DNA of 63,004 nucleotides, filler included, from Dugesia japonica (taxonomy: Eukaryota), in the NCBI GenBank assembly GCA_001938525.1. It is 5 parts of 5 records of this genome, joined end to end, with 100 filler letters (N's around TTAATTAATTAA, not from the genome) between each part and the next. Parts side by side here need not be neighbours in the genome. Positions count along the whole stretch, not along the records: positions 14,883 to 26,990 come from MQRL01589678.1; positions 27,091 to 38,192 come from MQRL01502183.1; 3 more parts are not named here. One strand, 5' to 3'. How positions within the stretch are numbered: position 1 is the stretch's first letter; every line of letters begins with the position of its first letter. Below, piece by piece: positions 25,851 to 38,292 of the stretch. The notes beneath the pieces were generated by a model. That model searched no databases and had not been told where the DNA came from. It saw nothing but the letters and a program-made list of their open reading frames with translations. A program made the translations under genes and the position numbers.

Positions 25851-26990
25851 GTTTGCTGTTATTAATTTTTTCTTTAAAAGTTTAAAATTACAAAATATAA
25901 TTTCTAATTATTTCTAATAAATAAAATATTTCAGAATATTAACAAAACATAATGAGTATTACAAAACAATCAAATTGATTGTGAATATTTAAAATTTCTT
26001 AGTAATAAAAATTTTAATTAATTTTCAATTTATCGATGAATTTCTTGTTATAAGAGTGCAAATTTTGTGAAATTTCTAAATATAATTTCTAAATGTAATT
26101 ATAGGATGAAATATTTNCATTTAGAAAATGTAATTCTATTTCATGTGATTTATGAAATTTGTTTAAAGAAATTGAACTAATACATTCTCTGTGGTTATGT
26201 AATGCAAATAAATAATTGGATATTGAATGAAATGTTAAGGATTAAATTCTTCCTTTTGATTTGGCAAAAATTAATAAACATTTCTTTCAGATTAGTCTAT
26301 TTGAAAATAAGTTTAAATTACTATTTTTATACGCATTTTTATTGTTGGAATTTTACAAAAAACGATAATATCGGTTTTAGTTTGGGTTTATAGATAAATA
26401 TTGATTGATAGACAGAGATGTACAAAAATTTCATCGTTCAAGTAGAAAATAATCTTGATTTATAAAATATCACAAATTATCAATATTTTCAAGTTGATAT
26501 ACTTTCAAATAATTCTAAAAAATTAGTTTTTAATACAAAAATAAACATGTGCATAAATTATATATTCATTTCAATACATTATTTAATTAGATCTCTAATC
26601 CTACACACACACACGCGTGTGTGTGTATTTATAACATGACTCAGTTATATTATATATGGCACTGGTATGTTTTCTCGTTTCTCTATGTGTTTCTCTACAA
26701 TTAATACGGTCCTCTTTTTTACACACTTTTAACCACGAATTAAAGGAGAACAGTTGTAGGATTTAATATATTTCGTTTTATTGGTTAAATTAAGAAGTAG
26801 CAGTACTATTTTAATATTGTATTAAATGGACACTTGAAAGAATTATATGATGATTCACGAAATCATTGTATTTATAATTGTTGAATTTTTCTATGCTGTA
26901 ATATGTTGTAGAAGTGTTCATTTTAAATCATCACCTATTAAACTTATAATACGTATTGTTTATCGTTAATAATTTAAGAAGGTTGCTCAT

Positions 26991-27090
26991 NNNNNNNNNN
27001 NNNNNNNNNNNNNNNNNNNNNNNNNNNNNNNNNNTTAATTAATTAANNNNNNNNNNNNNNNNNNNNNNNNNNNNNNNNNNNNNNNNNNNN
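26991..27090. other. Artificial contig spacer 44N-TTAATTAATTAA-44N
   Basis: Identical 100-bp spacer. Confidence 0.95.
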
Positions 27091-27655
27091 AAAAGAACCT
27101 TTAAATTGATTAGAAATTATACCTAAAGATGAAAAATATTCTTTCAGAACATGTAGTAAAATATATTTTGAAAAGGCGTTTTAAAGTCTTTATTAAACTT
27201 AAAATGTTTGTGATTGATTTCACGGGTCAGATATTTCACTCTTCTTTCTATTTAGTATCTTTCAACTATTCAAATTCAGAATTTCTTTCAGAAAGTTAAA
27301 AACTTTTCATTAAACAGTTTAATGAAATTTTTTTTTTCCATAAAATTTATAGAATTAACTATATAGAAAATATATCAGTGTTTATTGTGTTAGCACAAAA
27401 TCACTGTTTACAAAAACATAATTAAAAAATAAGTTTTATTAAATATTTTAATTAATGAAAATTCCAGTCAATTATTTAATTACATTTAATGGATATCATT
27501 CTTTGAAATTGAGATTTGTTTTCTAATTGAAAAATTTCTTTAATTAACAACAATATGATTGGTTAATTTCTCAACCAATCCATAAAAAATGCAAATAATA
27601 CATTCTTTTATAAAAATACCTTTCGAAATATTTTTTGAAAAATTATTATTTAACA

Positions 27656-28642
27656 ATGGATAAAGAAAAATTTGACAATAATTCATCGAAATTTGACTTT
27701 ATTGATTCTGACGATGAAAACGTTAGTAATATAAAAGATAAAAATATTGATAATGAATCACCAAATGGTTATGAGAATATTAGATATGACAAAAGAAAAG
27801 ACGAATCAGACGAAAAATCAGAATATGAAAATGAAATTACTGAATCACCGATTGAATCGAAAACAAATAATGATGAAATGACAGAAAATAAACGACCGAT
27901 TGAACGGAAAATCGTGATTCTTGATCCTCAAGATGAAGACGAACAAGACGACACTTTGATTATTTTAAGTCAATTACCATTTTTCGATAAAACAGAAAGT
28001 TCTCAAGAGAAAATCGGTAAAGAATTGAATATGTCTTCAACACAGTTAAATGAAATGGAAAAGCGAACTGAAAATCACCAAAAGACCTTTGATAATATAG
28101 ACTTAGAAGCTTCATTTAACGATAAAGAAAGCAAAAGTCTGATTCGATCTACATCAGAAAAATATCACAATAGAAAACCCAAAATTCCGAACGATGAAGC
28201 ATTAAAGTTTTGGAAGAGTAAAGAGCACTGTGTACTTTTTAGTAAATTATCTTTATCACTATTATTCAGTAATATCGGTCTGACGTTTTTAATAACCGTT
28301 TACATTCTTTTTGGTGGAGTTATGTTTCGATATTTTGAGTTGGATTCTGAATTACAAACATTTCGAAGCTATTCAACAAAAATCACCGAAAATCTTAACA
28401 ATTCAAAAGAAATCATTTGGTTAAAGCATCACAATATTTTCCAAGCAATTAATAACGAAACGAAAAATAATCTTACGAACTATTTGAAAATAAAGTTGAT
28501 TGAAAATCAAAATCAAATTAATAAACTGATTAATATAATTGATGAAACAGAAATCCAGATCAAATCCAGTAAAAATGATTTAATTGATAAATTAAACAAT
28601 AACATATTTTGTCAATTGTCGTCGAATCTTTCTTGTGATAAT

Positions 28643-28695
<53 letters not shown>

Positions 28696-29136
28696 NNNNN
28701 NNNNNNNNNNNNNNNNNNNNNNNNNNNNNNNNNNNNNNNNNNNNNAATAATAATAATAATAATAATAATATAACTTTGATTAGTTCAAATATTTTACGTA
28801 ATGTAACCGATGAAATTGAGAATGTTAATGAAAATTTTCGAGTTATTTTAAAACAAATCAAATTGATATCGAATATTTTAAATAAATGGAAAGTCGAAAA
28901 TTATTCTAATAACGAAATGGATATTTTATTAATTGAAAAATCATCTTTTAATCAAAGGGAAACTTTTCAGACGTTGTTAGATAAAACACTAGAAAATTTG
29001 ATTGCAAAAGTTTCAGAAGCTACAAATAATGGTTGGATGCATGATAAAAATCATAGTAAAGATAAAGAATCTAGTCGAATTCTATGGACGTTAGGAGGGT
29101 CAATTTTGTATTGTATTACAATAATTACCACAATAG
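27656..29136 (+). CDS. Two-pore domain (K2P/TWIK-family) potassium channel, first coding exon (N-terminus, M1, cap, pore 1)
   Basis: M1 LLFSNIGLTFLITVYILFGGVMFRYFE; pore helix WTLGGSILYCITIITTIG ending at the G|gtaag donor. The apparent frame change coincides with a 50-N gap inside an (AAT)n repeat. Confidence 0.9.
28643..28771 (+). repeat. (AAT)n microsatellite encoding poly-Asn, collapsed by a 50-N gap
   Basis: Direct sequence. Confidence 0.9.
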
Positions 29137-30339
29137 GTAAGCCAATATTTATTAGAAGACTTATTTCAAAATCGAAAACTATTACGTAATCATACAATAT
29201 AACATCATATTATATAATCATATTAAATCATATTAAATATTTGATATATGTAAATAATTTTTGCCATTTACATTAATATCTCTAATGGATTTTATTAGTT
29301 TAGCTGTTTAAATATGAACATGAAAAATTGATACATTCAAAAATTGCAAATTAACACTCAAATCACCACTTCCGACCGATATATATATATATATGATTTC
29401 TGAATAAATAAACAAGATTACAATTTCACTTTAATTATATCCATATGACATAATGAAATCACATTTTCGGAATAAATATAAATAAACTGATTTTTTAAAA
29501 TTCAAATTAATTAAATTTTTATTTTATTAATTTATTTAATTATTTTTTGGAATAAAATACATGAAAAAATTAAAAAAATAAATAACGAAAAGAAAAACAA
29601 ACATTTGAAACGAATTGAAAGTATAAAATATAAACAAAGTAAATCTAATTATAAAATTTTCAACAAATATCAAATAAAAAAGAATCGAAGTAAAAAAATG
29701 CGCAAAGAATATATTAATTGCACGAATGAAACTATTAAAAATATTTGCGCTCTTTCTGCAAGACGAACTTTTACCTGATTCATGGAGTCAGGTCAATTTA
29801 TTAATTTGCAAGTAAATATTCTAATTCGAGTTTTGTGTTGGAAGCACCCAAAAAATATTTCTTGTAAAAATAAAAACTAAATAAAATGTCCAAATTGAAA
29901 TTAAATACAATTTATTATTATTCAAAAATTTAAAAAATAATGTCAATTTATTGATAAACACAGAAACACTTCATTTAAACTAATATTTATTAATACCTAT
30001 ATCTTTCAACAGTATATCTTTCCTTTTCAAGCAAACGCTTTTAAACTCTGAATAGAGTTTATATATTAAAAGTCCGTATTATGCAATTGATTACGTAACA
30101 GTCTCAATAAAATTCAAATTAAATAAAGATAATCAATAAAGATTTAGAAAGACCCGTTTAAACCTTAATTTTTGAATCATAATATCTAATCATCAATGCT
30201 TCGCACATGACTCTTTCCCAATAATCTTTAAAATTTCTGGACAAAATTTTAAAGAATATTGGGAAAGAATCACGTGTGAAGCATTGATGATTAGATCATA
30301 TGATCAAAAAATTAATTTTCAAACTGGTCTTTCTAAATC

Positions 30340-30341
<2 letters not shown>

Positions 30342-30393
<52 letters not shown>

Positions 30394-30443
30394 NNNNNNN
30401 NNNNNNNNNNNNNNNNNNNNNNNNNNNNNNNNNNNNNNNNNNN

Positions 30444-30502
<59 letters not shown>
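30342..30502 (+). repeat. (TTA)n microsatellite with 50-N gap
   Basis: Direct sequence. Confidence 0.9.
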
Positions 30503-30503
<1 letters not shown>

Positions 30504-31141
30504 TTTAATATTAGTATATTCCAAGTTTATGAATTTTTGAAAATTTAATTTAGGTTTAATATATAAGTTTATACTTCTTTTGTAAAGTATTTAAATAAAA
30601 ACCACTTCTAATGAAAGTTTTAAATTTATTTCTATCACTCAATTTAAAATGAAAAACCAATTAAAAGATTTGAATTATTATTTTTTATTTATTTTGTCAT
30701 CATTTATGTCAATATAAAAACTGTGAATAATATAGAAACTTTTCAGAGTATGAAAATATCTCTCAGTGGTTTTGAAATTAAATATTCGTTATTTATTTTT
30801 ATATAATGGAAATAATTACGAAAACTAGATAAATTTTATAATAACTAAATTAAAGTGAGAAAAATTATTTCGAATGTTCTTATCTTTAAATTGTGTATTT
30901 CAATTCAATTATCTCCCATTATTCTCCAATTCATTATATTCGAAAATCAAAATTCCTGTATATAATTGATATTTTATCTCTATTATTAACAAGAAACTCA
31001 ATGTTTCATTTGTCTGGTTTTAAACGAATTAATTAAAATAAAATTTTTCCAAAAAAATCTTGGGAAATTTTTATAAAACGTAATGAAAATTCAATCATCT
31101 TTTTTTATGAAATCTAAGCTATACAAAACGCTATACAAAAA

Positions 31142-31172
<31 letters not shown>

Positions 31173-31599
31173 CATAAATACTCGCATTCGAAATTACAAA
31201 TGATTATTTGTTGTGTGTTTCGATATACATTAACATTAAACTAAAAATTATTAATCTATATTTATTCATCAAAAGTAAAAAAAACATGAATCAAATGATT
31301 TTTCTTTAAATTTTGTTTTTTACTTTTATTAAAAATTGTTAGGATTAAGTAAAATTAAGACTTGGGGTAAATTCTAAAATAAATTAAAAATTGTAAATAA
31401 TTATAAATTTTGATTGAATTAATAAAATATAATTATATGTATGTTAATTGTAAATAAATTATGTTTGTATAATATGCATGTGAGATTTTATTATTTCAAG
31501 GCTTTGGAATGGTGAGCAATACCTAAAAATGTAAAATATGAAATAAAAAACAACTTTATTAGTTAATTAAAATTGAAAAGTAGGCAAATATAAGTGAAA

Positions 31600-31860
31600 C
31601 AAGAAAGAAAACATAGAAGGTCAAAAATAAACATAGGATTATTGATGTAATAAAGATGAAGAAGCAGATAATTATTTACTGTCAAATTTGTCAAGAACAG
31701 AAAAAGATAAAAACCTGACACCAGAGCGCATTCTATATGAAGTACAAGATTAAGTAAACAATCAGAAGAAGAAATTATTGATAAAGAGAAAGAGACAATT
31801 AAAGAGACAAAGGTTATTTTGTGAATTAGAAACGCGTACGAAAGGTTAAGTATAAATTAA
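31600..31860 (+). mobile_element. Highly decayed Gypsy integrase remnant
   Basis: IIIYCQICQEQK (zinc finger) and ..ETRTKG, similar to the integrase tail near 38480. Confidence 0.35.
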
Positions 31861-31919
31861 ATTGTGAAACTGAATACAGTTTTGATAACTGAATTTTTTT
31901 ATCAGATTTATCTGAATAC

Positions 31920-32700
31920 TATCTTCTACCATAGCCCCAAGAATCGATATAACTACCCATTGAGTTTTGTCAAATAGAGTCGTATTGATTTGAACTGTTA
32001 TCAACGTATTTGTAACTATCTTATTGATTAATACATTAATACATTAAACAAACACTAGATTTAAAGTCAGAGTAATTTAAATAAATTTGTATTTCATTTA
32101 TAAAACCCTGAAAAAGTTTATAAGAAGGTTGATATATTCTAAAATATTACAAAATGATCATAATTTCTATCGTTGCCTTGTTACTAGAAATATTACCCAC
32201 TCCCAATAATATCTAATGGACATAGTGAACTAATTTTCACGTAAAGTATTATAAGTTGTTTCAAAGATTAATTTTACTTTTGATGTGTTAACTACAACAT
32301 GGTGCTGTAATTCATATACAATTCAAAGTAAAGTTTGAACTCATTCTAGGGCAATAGAAATCGCTACTTGTGTGTAATTACCGTATTGATCTATATATTA
32401 AATTAAGTCCTATATTCTACCTTTATTTATAACAGATTTATAACAACACCATACATACACAATACTATTCAAACATGGTGATACCATTAAGGCAGTAACT
32501 TAGATTTTTATTGCTCTGTTTGGTTTAATTCAAGACTTCGGCAATACATCACTAATAGTTTGCTGAGAAATCTGATCCTTTTGTTTTAATCGTAATTATC
32601 GTAACAAAATTTTGGCCTTTCAGTGGTGCGTGGTACACTCTGATTCCAAAAGAATTTATTAATTAATAATCTTTACAACTTTTATTGGGTCTTGGTGAAG
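31920..32700 (-). pseudogene. Possible decayed Polinton capsid-gene fragment
   Basis: YKLFQGF..LNYSDFKSSVCL resembles the MCP C-terminus; adjacent to pPolB. Weak. Confidence 0.25.
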
Positions 32701-33054
32701 AATCTAAGTGGCTTTTCCACTGGTTTAAATAAATGTTTTAAATGCTTCAAGATAATAAAATAAAACTATAAGGGTAAATTAAAAATGTACAATTGATTCT
32801 GAAAATCTTTTGAAATATTCTAGATGTTTTTAAGAGTTTTAAAATATTTTTAATGAAGTTGAATTAATTGTGAAAAATATTAAAAATAATTGTAAATGCA
32901 AAACAATAACTGGGACATATTTCGTTAAAATAAATTGTAGCTCAAGTATTCTTTGTATTTTTCACTTACTGTTTTGTTCCGAATACTTTGAAATTTCAGC
33001 ATTCGCTTTTTCTGTTATTTTATCCATAAAATCATCTATAAATCAAAACAAGAA

Positions 33055-34190
33055 ATGAAAAGCACACATTGCTATATGTGAGTAGGCCATAAAAACTAGT
33101 TGGTTCGTGATCATAATCACTATACTAGAAAATATCTCGGAGCTGCATGCAATCAGTGCAATTTATCATGGAAGATTAAAATAGAGTTACCTGTAGTTTT
33201 TCATAACTTTAAATGTTATGATTCACACCACATTATCAAATATATGCTTAACTAGTTTCCATATTGGGATCTCAATCTAATTAGACAAACAACTGAAAAG
33301 GATTTGACAATACTTGCACATGTTGGAAGTCATATTAAAGTACGGTTTATCGATTCATTCCAGTTTATCAACATTGACGAAAACTCTTGAAAGCTGGCGA
33401 ATAACATCGACTGAATTTCCATACGGGCAACAAAACAAAGGTATATTTCCATACAAATTTGCAACTTCATATGAATGGCTCATAAATCAAACCGAGTTAC
33501 AAGCACAATGGCCAGAAATAACAAGTGAAGAATATGCAATTTCAAAGTTGCCGTCGGTAGAATCGGGATGCACTAACTTGTTGGAATATATGATTTACTA
33601 TATAAAGCTAGACATATACTTGTTAGCTGATGTCTTTCAAACATTTTGTAAAAAAGCACTTAAAGAGTATGGATTGGAGTCTTCACGATTTGTTTTATTG
33701 CCAGGATTGAGTTGGTCAAGCGCTCTCAAGGTTTGACACATACATTAATAACCTATATGATTAAGCCTTAACATAACCTTTACCATATATAAATTTTGAA
33801 TTTAAATCTTAAGACCAGATGGAAGGAACATAACAAAAGATGTTTGCCAACAACAATAATGAAATTGGATACCTGCGCAAAATTAAAATTACCTATTGAA
33901 AATCATGATGAGTTATATCAATTATCTTTGGCTCCAGAACATAATTGTCCACCTGGATTCAAAGTTAAGAAATTACTGATGACAGATGAATCAAAAACAA
34001 ATTATGTTATATATATGCGATTATTGGAACTTCATAGAAAGCTCGTGATTTATGCAACTGCAGTACATAGAATAATTCAGATCAAACAAACGGAAATATT
34101 TACCAATTATATTAATGCAAATTCTGCGAGAAGAGAGGAATCAAAGTCCAAATTTGAAAAAAGAATTCTACAAACAATTATATAATGCGC
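33055..34190 (+). pseudogene. Polinton protein-primed DNA polymerase B fragment with EndoVII-like Zn motif
   Basis: VRDHNHYTRKYLGAACNQCNL..LPVVFHNFKCYDSHHII..RFIDSFQF..KGIFPY..YIKLDIYLLADVFQTF..LPGLSWSSALK; after an internal deletion LAPEH..KVKKLL..VHRII..KFEK. Confidence 0.9.
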
Positions 34191-34329
34191 TATCATTAAT
34201 AATGATAATGATAAAATTTATTATGCCAGTTAAAAATTGTGTATTTTAATGTTAAATGTCATTAAATTGATTACTTAATGTCTAATTTTATGCTTATTTT
34301 GTGTGCATAAATTATGTAATAGACCAAAT

Positions 34330-35140
34330 TTCATTCTCAACTGTTTTCCTATGTGTCTATCAATCTACTGAAGAAAGAATTTGTGTACATTTAAAAACAC
34401 AAAAAATATAAAAGAGGCAATAACATTTGTGCGTAAGATCAAGAAACACAGAATAAATCAATCTAGTTAAGAGTTAATTAATCGTAACATAGTATGTAAG
34501 GCTTTGAAAAATAATGCTTAGAGAAATATATATAAGACAAAATTGAAAGATAAATTTTAGGGTGTTAGTTGTTCCATATATTCGGTCATACCTGGCGAGA
34601 TTATCCAAAGAAAGAAATGGTAGACTGTTGGATGTGTCATAAAAGGGACATCTAAGTCGAGTTTATCCAGATAAAACATAAACAAGATGCTTCTTTAATG
34701 AGAAGATGGTAAAAACTAGGAACTTTAATTTACGTCAATCTGATTTAATTATTATCTGATTTTGGATAGTAATGAACTATCATTTAATTGGTCACAGTGT
34801 CCAACAATCAGTCAACCATTTGATTTTTCATAAAGAAAATAAAGGAATCAAGTCAGGACAAATCAACGAATTGGTAATATTATCAGCTCTTTAAAGGTCA
34901 CTGAGAAGCCTAAATTTCTGAAACAAAGACCAAGCAAAAAGACATTAAACTGATATAATAAATATCAAAGGTTCTATGAAGCCTCACTTTCACGGGAACG
35001 GGTGTAGAAAGAAAAAATCAAATAGTTCCAGGAATTATTGAGTTAATTACCCGTATAAGTAACCACACTAGTGTTTAATATCTTTGAAATCAGGAACATA
35101 ATCCGTTCAGCCTTTAATAGTGAATAGAAGGAGAGAGACT
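34330..35140 (+). mobile_element. Decayed Gypsy gag/pol remnant
   Basis: Degenerate knuckles (FGHTWRDYPKKEMVDCWMCHK) resembling the other gag copies. Confidence 0.45.
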
Positions 35141-35354
35141 AAAAAAGAATCTGTATAATGGTTACTAACTAAATTTCTATCTTATGAATAAAGAATTAAA
35201 GTTTAATTTGTGTATATCAAAATCAAGACTTTTAAGAAACTAGAAATATATAGTGTTAAGTGTTTTTCAAATTTTTAGCAATTAATAGATAAAAGATTTA
35301 TATTTTATTTTCAGTATGTAATAACAACCCAATAAAAACCATATCTATAATATA

Positions 35355-36080
35355 TAAGGCTGTNNNNNNNNNNNNNNNNNNNNNGTATGGTTTTCAAAGT
35401 TAATTATTTATATAAAGAACAAATATCCATTAGTTATATATTGCCCGTTTTGTTCAAGAACCTTTTCGAATCTTTTGACAAGCTTCATAATTACTCGTTT
35501 ATAAAGAGATCCGTCTTTATTAATGAAAAATTGAACAAAGTGCTGTTCAGTGAAAGGTATACTAGGCAGGGTATTTTAAAGAACGTAAAGCAACTAAAAA
35601 TCTGAAAGTGCTAGGATAGTTGAGTAAGGTGAATATTTGAGAGAGATTGTATTAACACATTCCTCCCAAGCATCAACTATGTAGACTTGTTTGTCGTCTT
35701 GCATTGTCATACTGAAACAAAATGCTTTTTTACGATTAACGAGTGCTAGATGTTTTTGGATGATATATTTATTGAAACTCGTTAATCACCAATAGTACTA
35801 CTTTGAATTGATTGTTTTGTTTCTTGTTTCTAAAAATACATAACCTAGCAAATTGAAAGCGTAATGTTTTCTGAAAAATGTCTTTTTTCGATGTCATTTG
35901 AGAGGAATCATTACGCTTGAACCAAGACTGATTTTACAATACATTAGTCTTATCATCAGTTATTAGTCTTTTCAAAAGCGAGTCATATTCTTTACAATTA
36001 ATAAGCATATCGTATATGTATGTGTACGCGTTAAATGAACTTCTTTGAGTTTATGAGGAATCCAAGTATCATCTGCTAAT
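35355..36080 (-). mobile_element. Mariner (DD34D) transposase relic
   Basis: TWIPHKLKEVHL (WVPHEL motif), LLKRLITDDK, TINS, ALVNRK, QYDNARR. Confidence 0.85.
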
Positions 36081-36725
36081 AAAATATACTGTTTATTATC
36101 AGAAAAACTATGACAAATAATATCTGTAGAACAGTAACACAAATTCACATATGAGCTATGAACTTTACAAAAGTTGGGTTCCAACGGTAAAAGATAGAGA
36201 CCCAAGTCTCTGTATTGCGAGTTCAAATTTCTCAGAGAATATATCCAAAGTTAACAATTGATAAAGAATTGAAGAAATTGTCTTCATTTAGAGGCCAACT
36301 ACAAATAAGTAATTATGATAATGAGTCAATATGAGTGAGTGAGTATGATAAATGCTACCATTACAAGTGGTATCGAAAACTCTGAATGACAGAAAAATTT
36401 CATAGCAATCGGTACATAGATAATGATTATATTAAGTTTCTGTCTTATTATAATAAGTTACTATTATAATAAATGTCTCATACCTTTTATAGTCAATGAT
36501 GTAACGCTATCTAAGCGTCACGAGTAGCACCATAATCCAAGAAATACCGAAAGTATTTTGAACTAGATCTACTTCAAACTGTCAAACAGAACACTTGATC
36601 GCAATTGTAAATGTTCACTGGGGTTGAAATTCTCCAGATTTAAGAAATTTTAATTCATCCGAGTTAAATAATTATTTAACATTACTTAATTATTGAATTA
36701 ACAAGATTTTCTTGGTTAAAAAACG

Positions 36726-36763
<38 letters not shown>

Positions 36764-36914
36764 TGAGATATGACTAAAAATTTAATAAAATTTTTATATT
36801 GACTTTTGAAAGAGTACATTGACATATTTATTTGATAAAAGGTTAATGTGTGATTGATTTTTTGAAATTTCTATGACTTTGAATCAGTTAAAAAAAATAA
36901 TTATAAAAGCGTTT

Positions 36915-38192
36915 ATGACAACAGATCCAGTAAAATTATATTAAATAGTGGATTCAAAATTAGAAATTTTGAAACAAGTAGTAGAAAAGCATTTTCAGAG
37001 CTTTTAGATCTTGGTAAAGATCTAATTAATACCTTGAAATATCAAAGGCTTAAAAAATCACCAATTTCAATTTTTTAAAAGTTTAGAAATTAGCAGTCAG
37101 CGAAAGAAAAACTGATTAAATTCCTTTTATAAAATTCAGTGAATGATAAAGAAGTTAAAAAGGAAATTAAAATGCAAGATATTAAAGATGTTGAAAAAAT
37201 GAAAGACGTTATTATTAAATTGATGAATTGAAAAAGGAAATGAAACTAGAATATGCAATACCAGTGTAGAAGAAAGAAATTACATATGGAACAGTAACGC
37301 TTACATTTCCAAATTCAAATAATAAATTTAATATACCAAGATTGAATGGAAATTTAAATCAAAGTACAAGTTATATGTAGAAAATTGATTCCAAAATATA
37401 TCGAATAAATATCGAAAGATCTATGAGAAAAAATAATGAATCCAATGATTAGACTTTCAGAGTGAGAAAATACTGAGCATGCAGAGAAAAAGGTCATATA
37501 CACTCACAATGCCCTAATGTTAAATGTGCGGATTGTANGAATCCAGGATATCACAGATTTCAATCCCATAAAATTAATCCTTTGCTAGTAGAAATAAGAC
37601 AAATGTATAACAAGCCACGAAGATTTCAAATGAATGCCTATGATGATAATGATGTTGATGATAATTGTCCCAGTAATGAAGTAGATCAAGAATATAATTC
37701 GGGAAATGCCAAAGCTCTGACGATAGAGGATGTCGTTGGAGCAATAAATTTATGTGAGATAATAATGTTTTGAACACTAATGTATGTAATATGAATGTTT
37801 ATTTGATGTGAATAATGAAAATTTTAAAAAATAGAACGATTTATTTCGCTTGAATAAATATCAATATTTGTTGATAGATAATTTTTTTAACAAAACTTTA
37901 GAAAATGAACCTTTTATAGATAACATATTAATTTCTAATAATGTTTTAGTTTTAAATAAGGATATAAATTATGAATAATTATGAATTGGTTAATAATAAT
38001 TGTTTACTTGATACTGGTGCTAACGTTAATGTGTTCAATATCAAATGAACCACGAGACTGCGAAAAAATAAAAATGTAAACAAAAGTCTTAGCAATTGAG
38101 CTTAAAAGAGATGGTCATAAATAGCGAGAAAAATGTGTCTATAACTTTAAGGGCGCAAACATTATTACATAACCGATTCCTCAAAAGATATA
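36915..38192 (+). mobile_element. Ty3/Gypsy gag-protease relic (different family)
   Basis: ACREKGHIHSQCPNVKCADC knuckles; CLLDTGANVNVF aspartic protease motif at ~38000. Confidence 0.7.
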
Positions 38193-38292
38193 NNNNNNNN
38201 NNNNNNNNNNNNNNNNNNNNNNNNNNNNNNNNNNNNTTAATTAATTAANNNNNNNNNNNNNNNNNNNNNNNNNNNNNNNNNNNNNNNNNNNN
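38193..38292. other. Artificial contig spacer 44N-TTAATTAATTAA-44N
   Basis: Identical 100-bp spacer. Confidence 0.95.

Noticed and set aside
28696-28745. Frameshift/pseudogenisation of the K2P channel
   Set aside because: The frame change falls in an arbitrary 50-N gap within an (AAT)n repeat.
30284-30548. Poly-Ile/Leu/Tyr/Asn ORFs here and at 45819-46064 and 48447-48714
   Set aside because: Translations of microsatellites and N gaps.
31501-31526. ag|GC TTT GGA ATG as the next K2P exon completing TIGFG
   Set aside because: Followed by a stop within a few codons, with no PxT/M2 sequence; likely chance, although an 11-nt microexon cannot be fully excluded.
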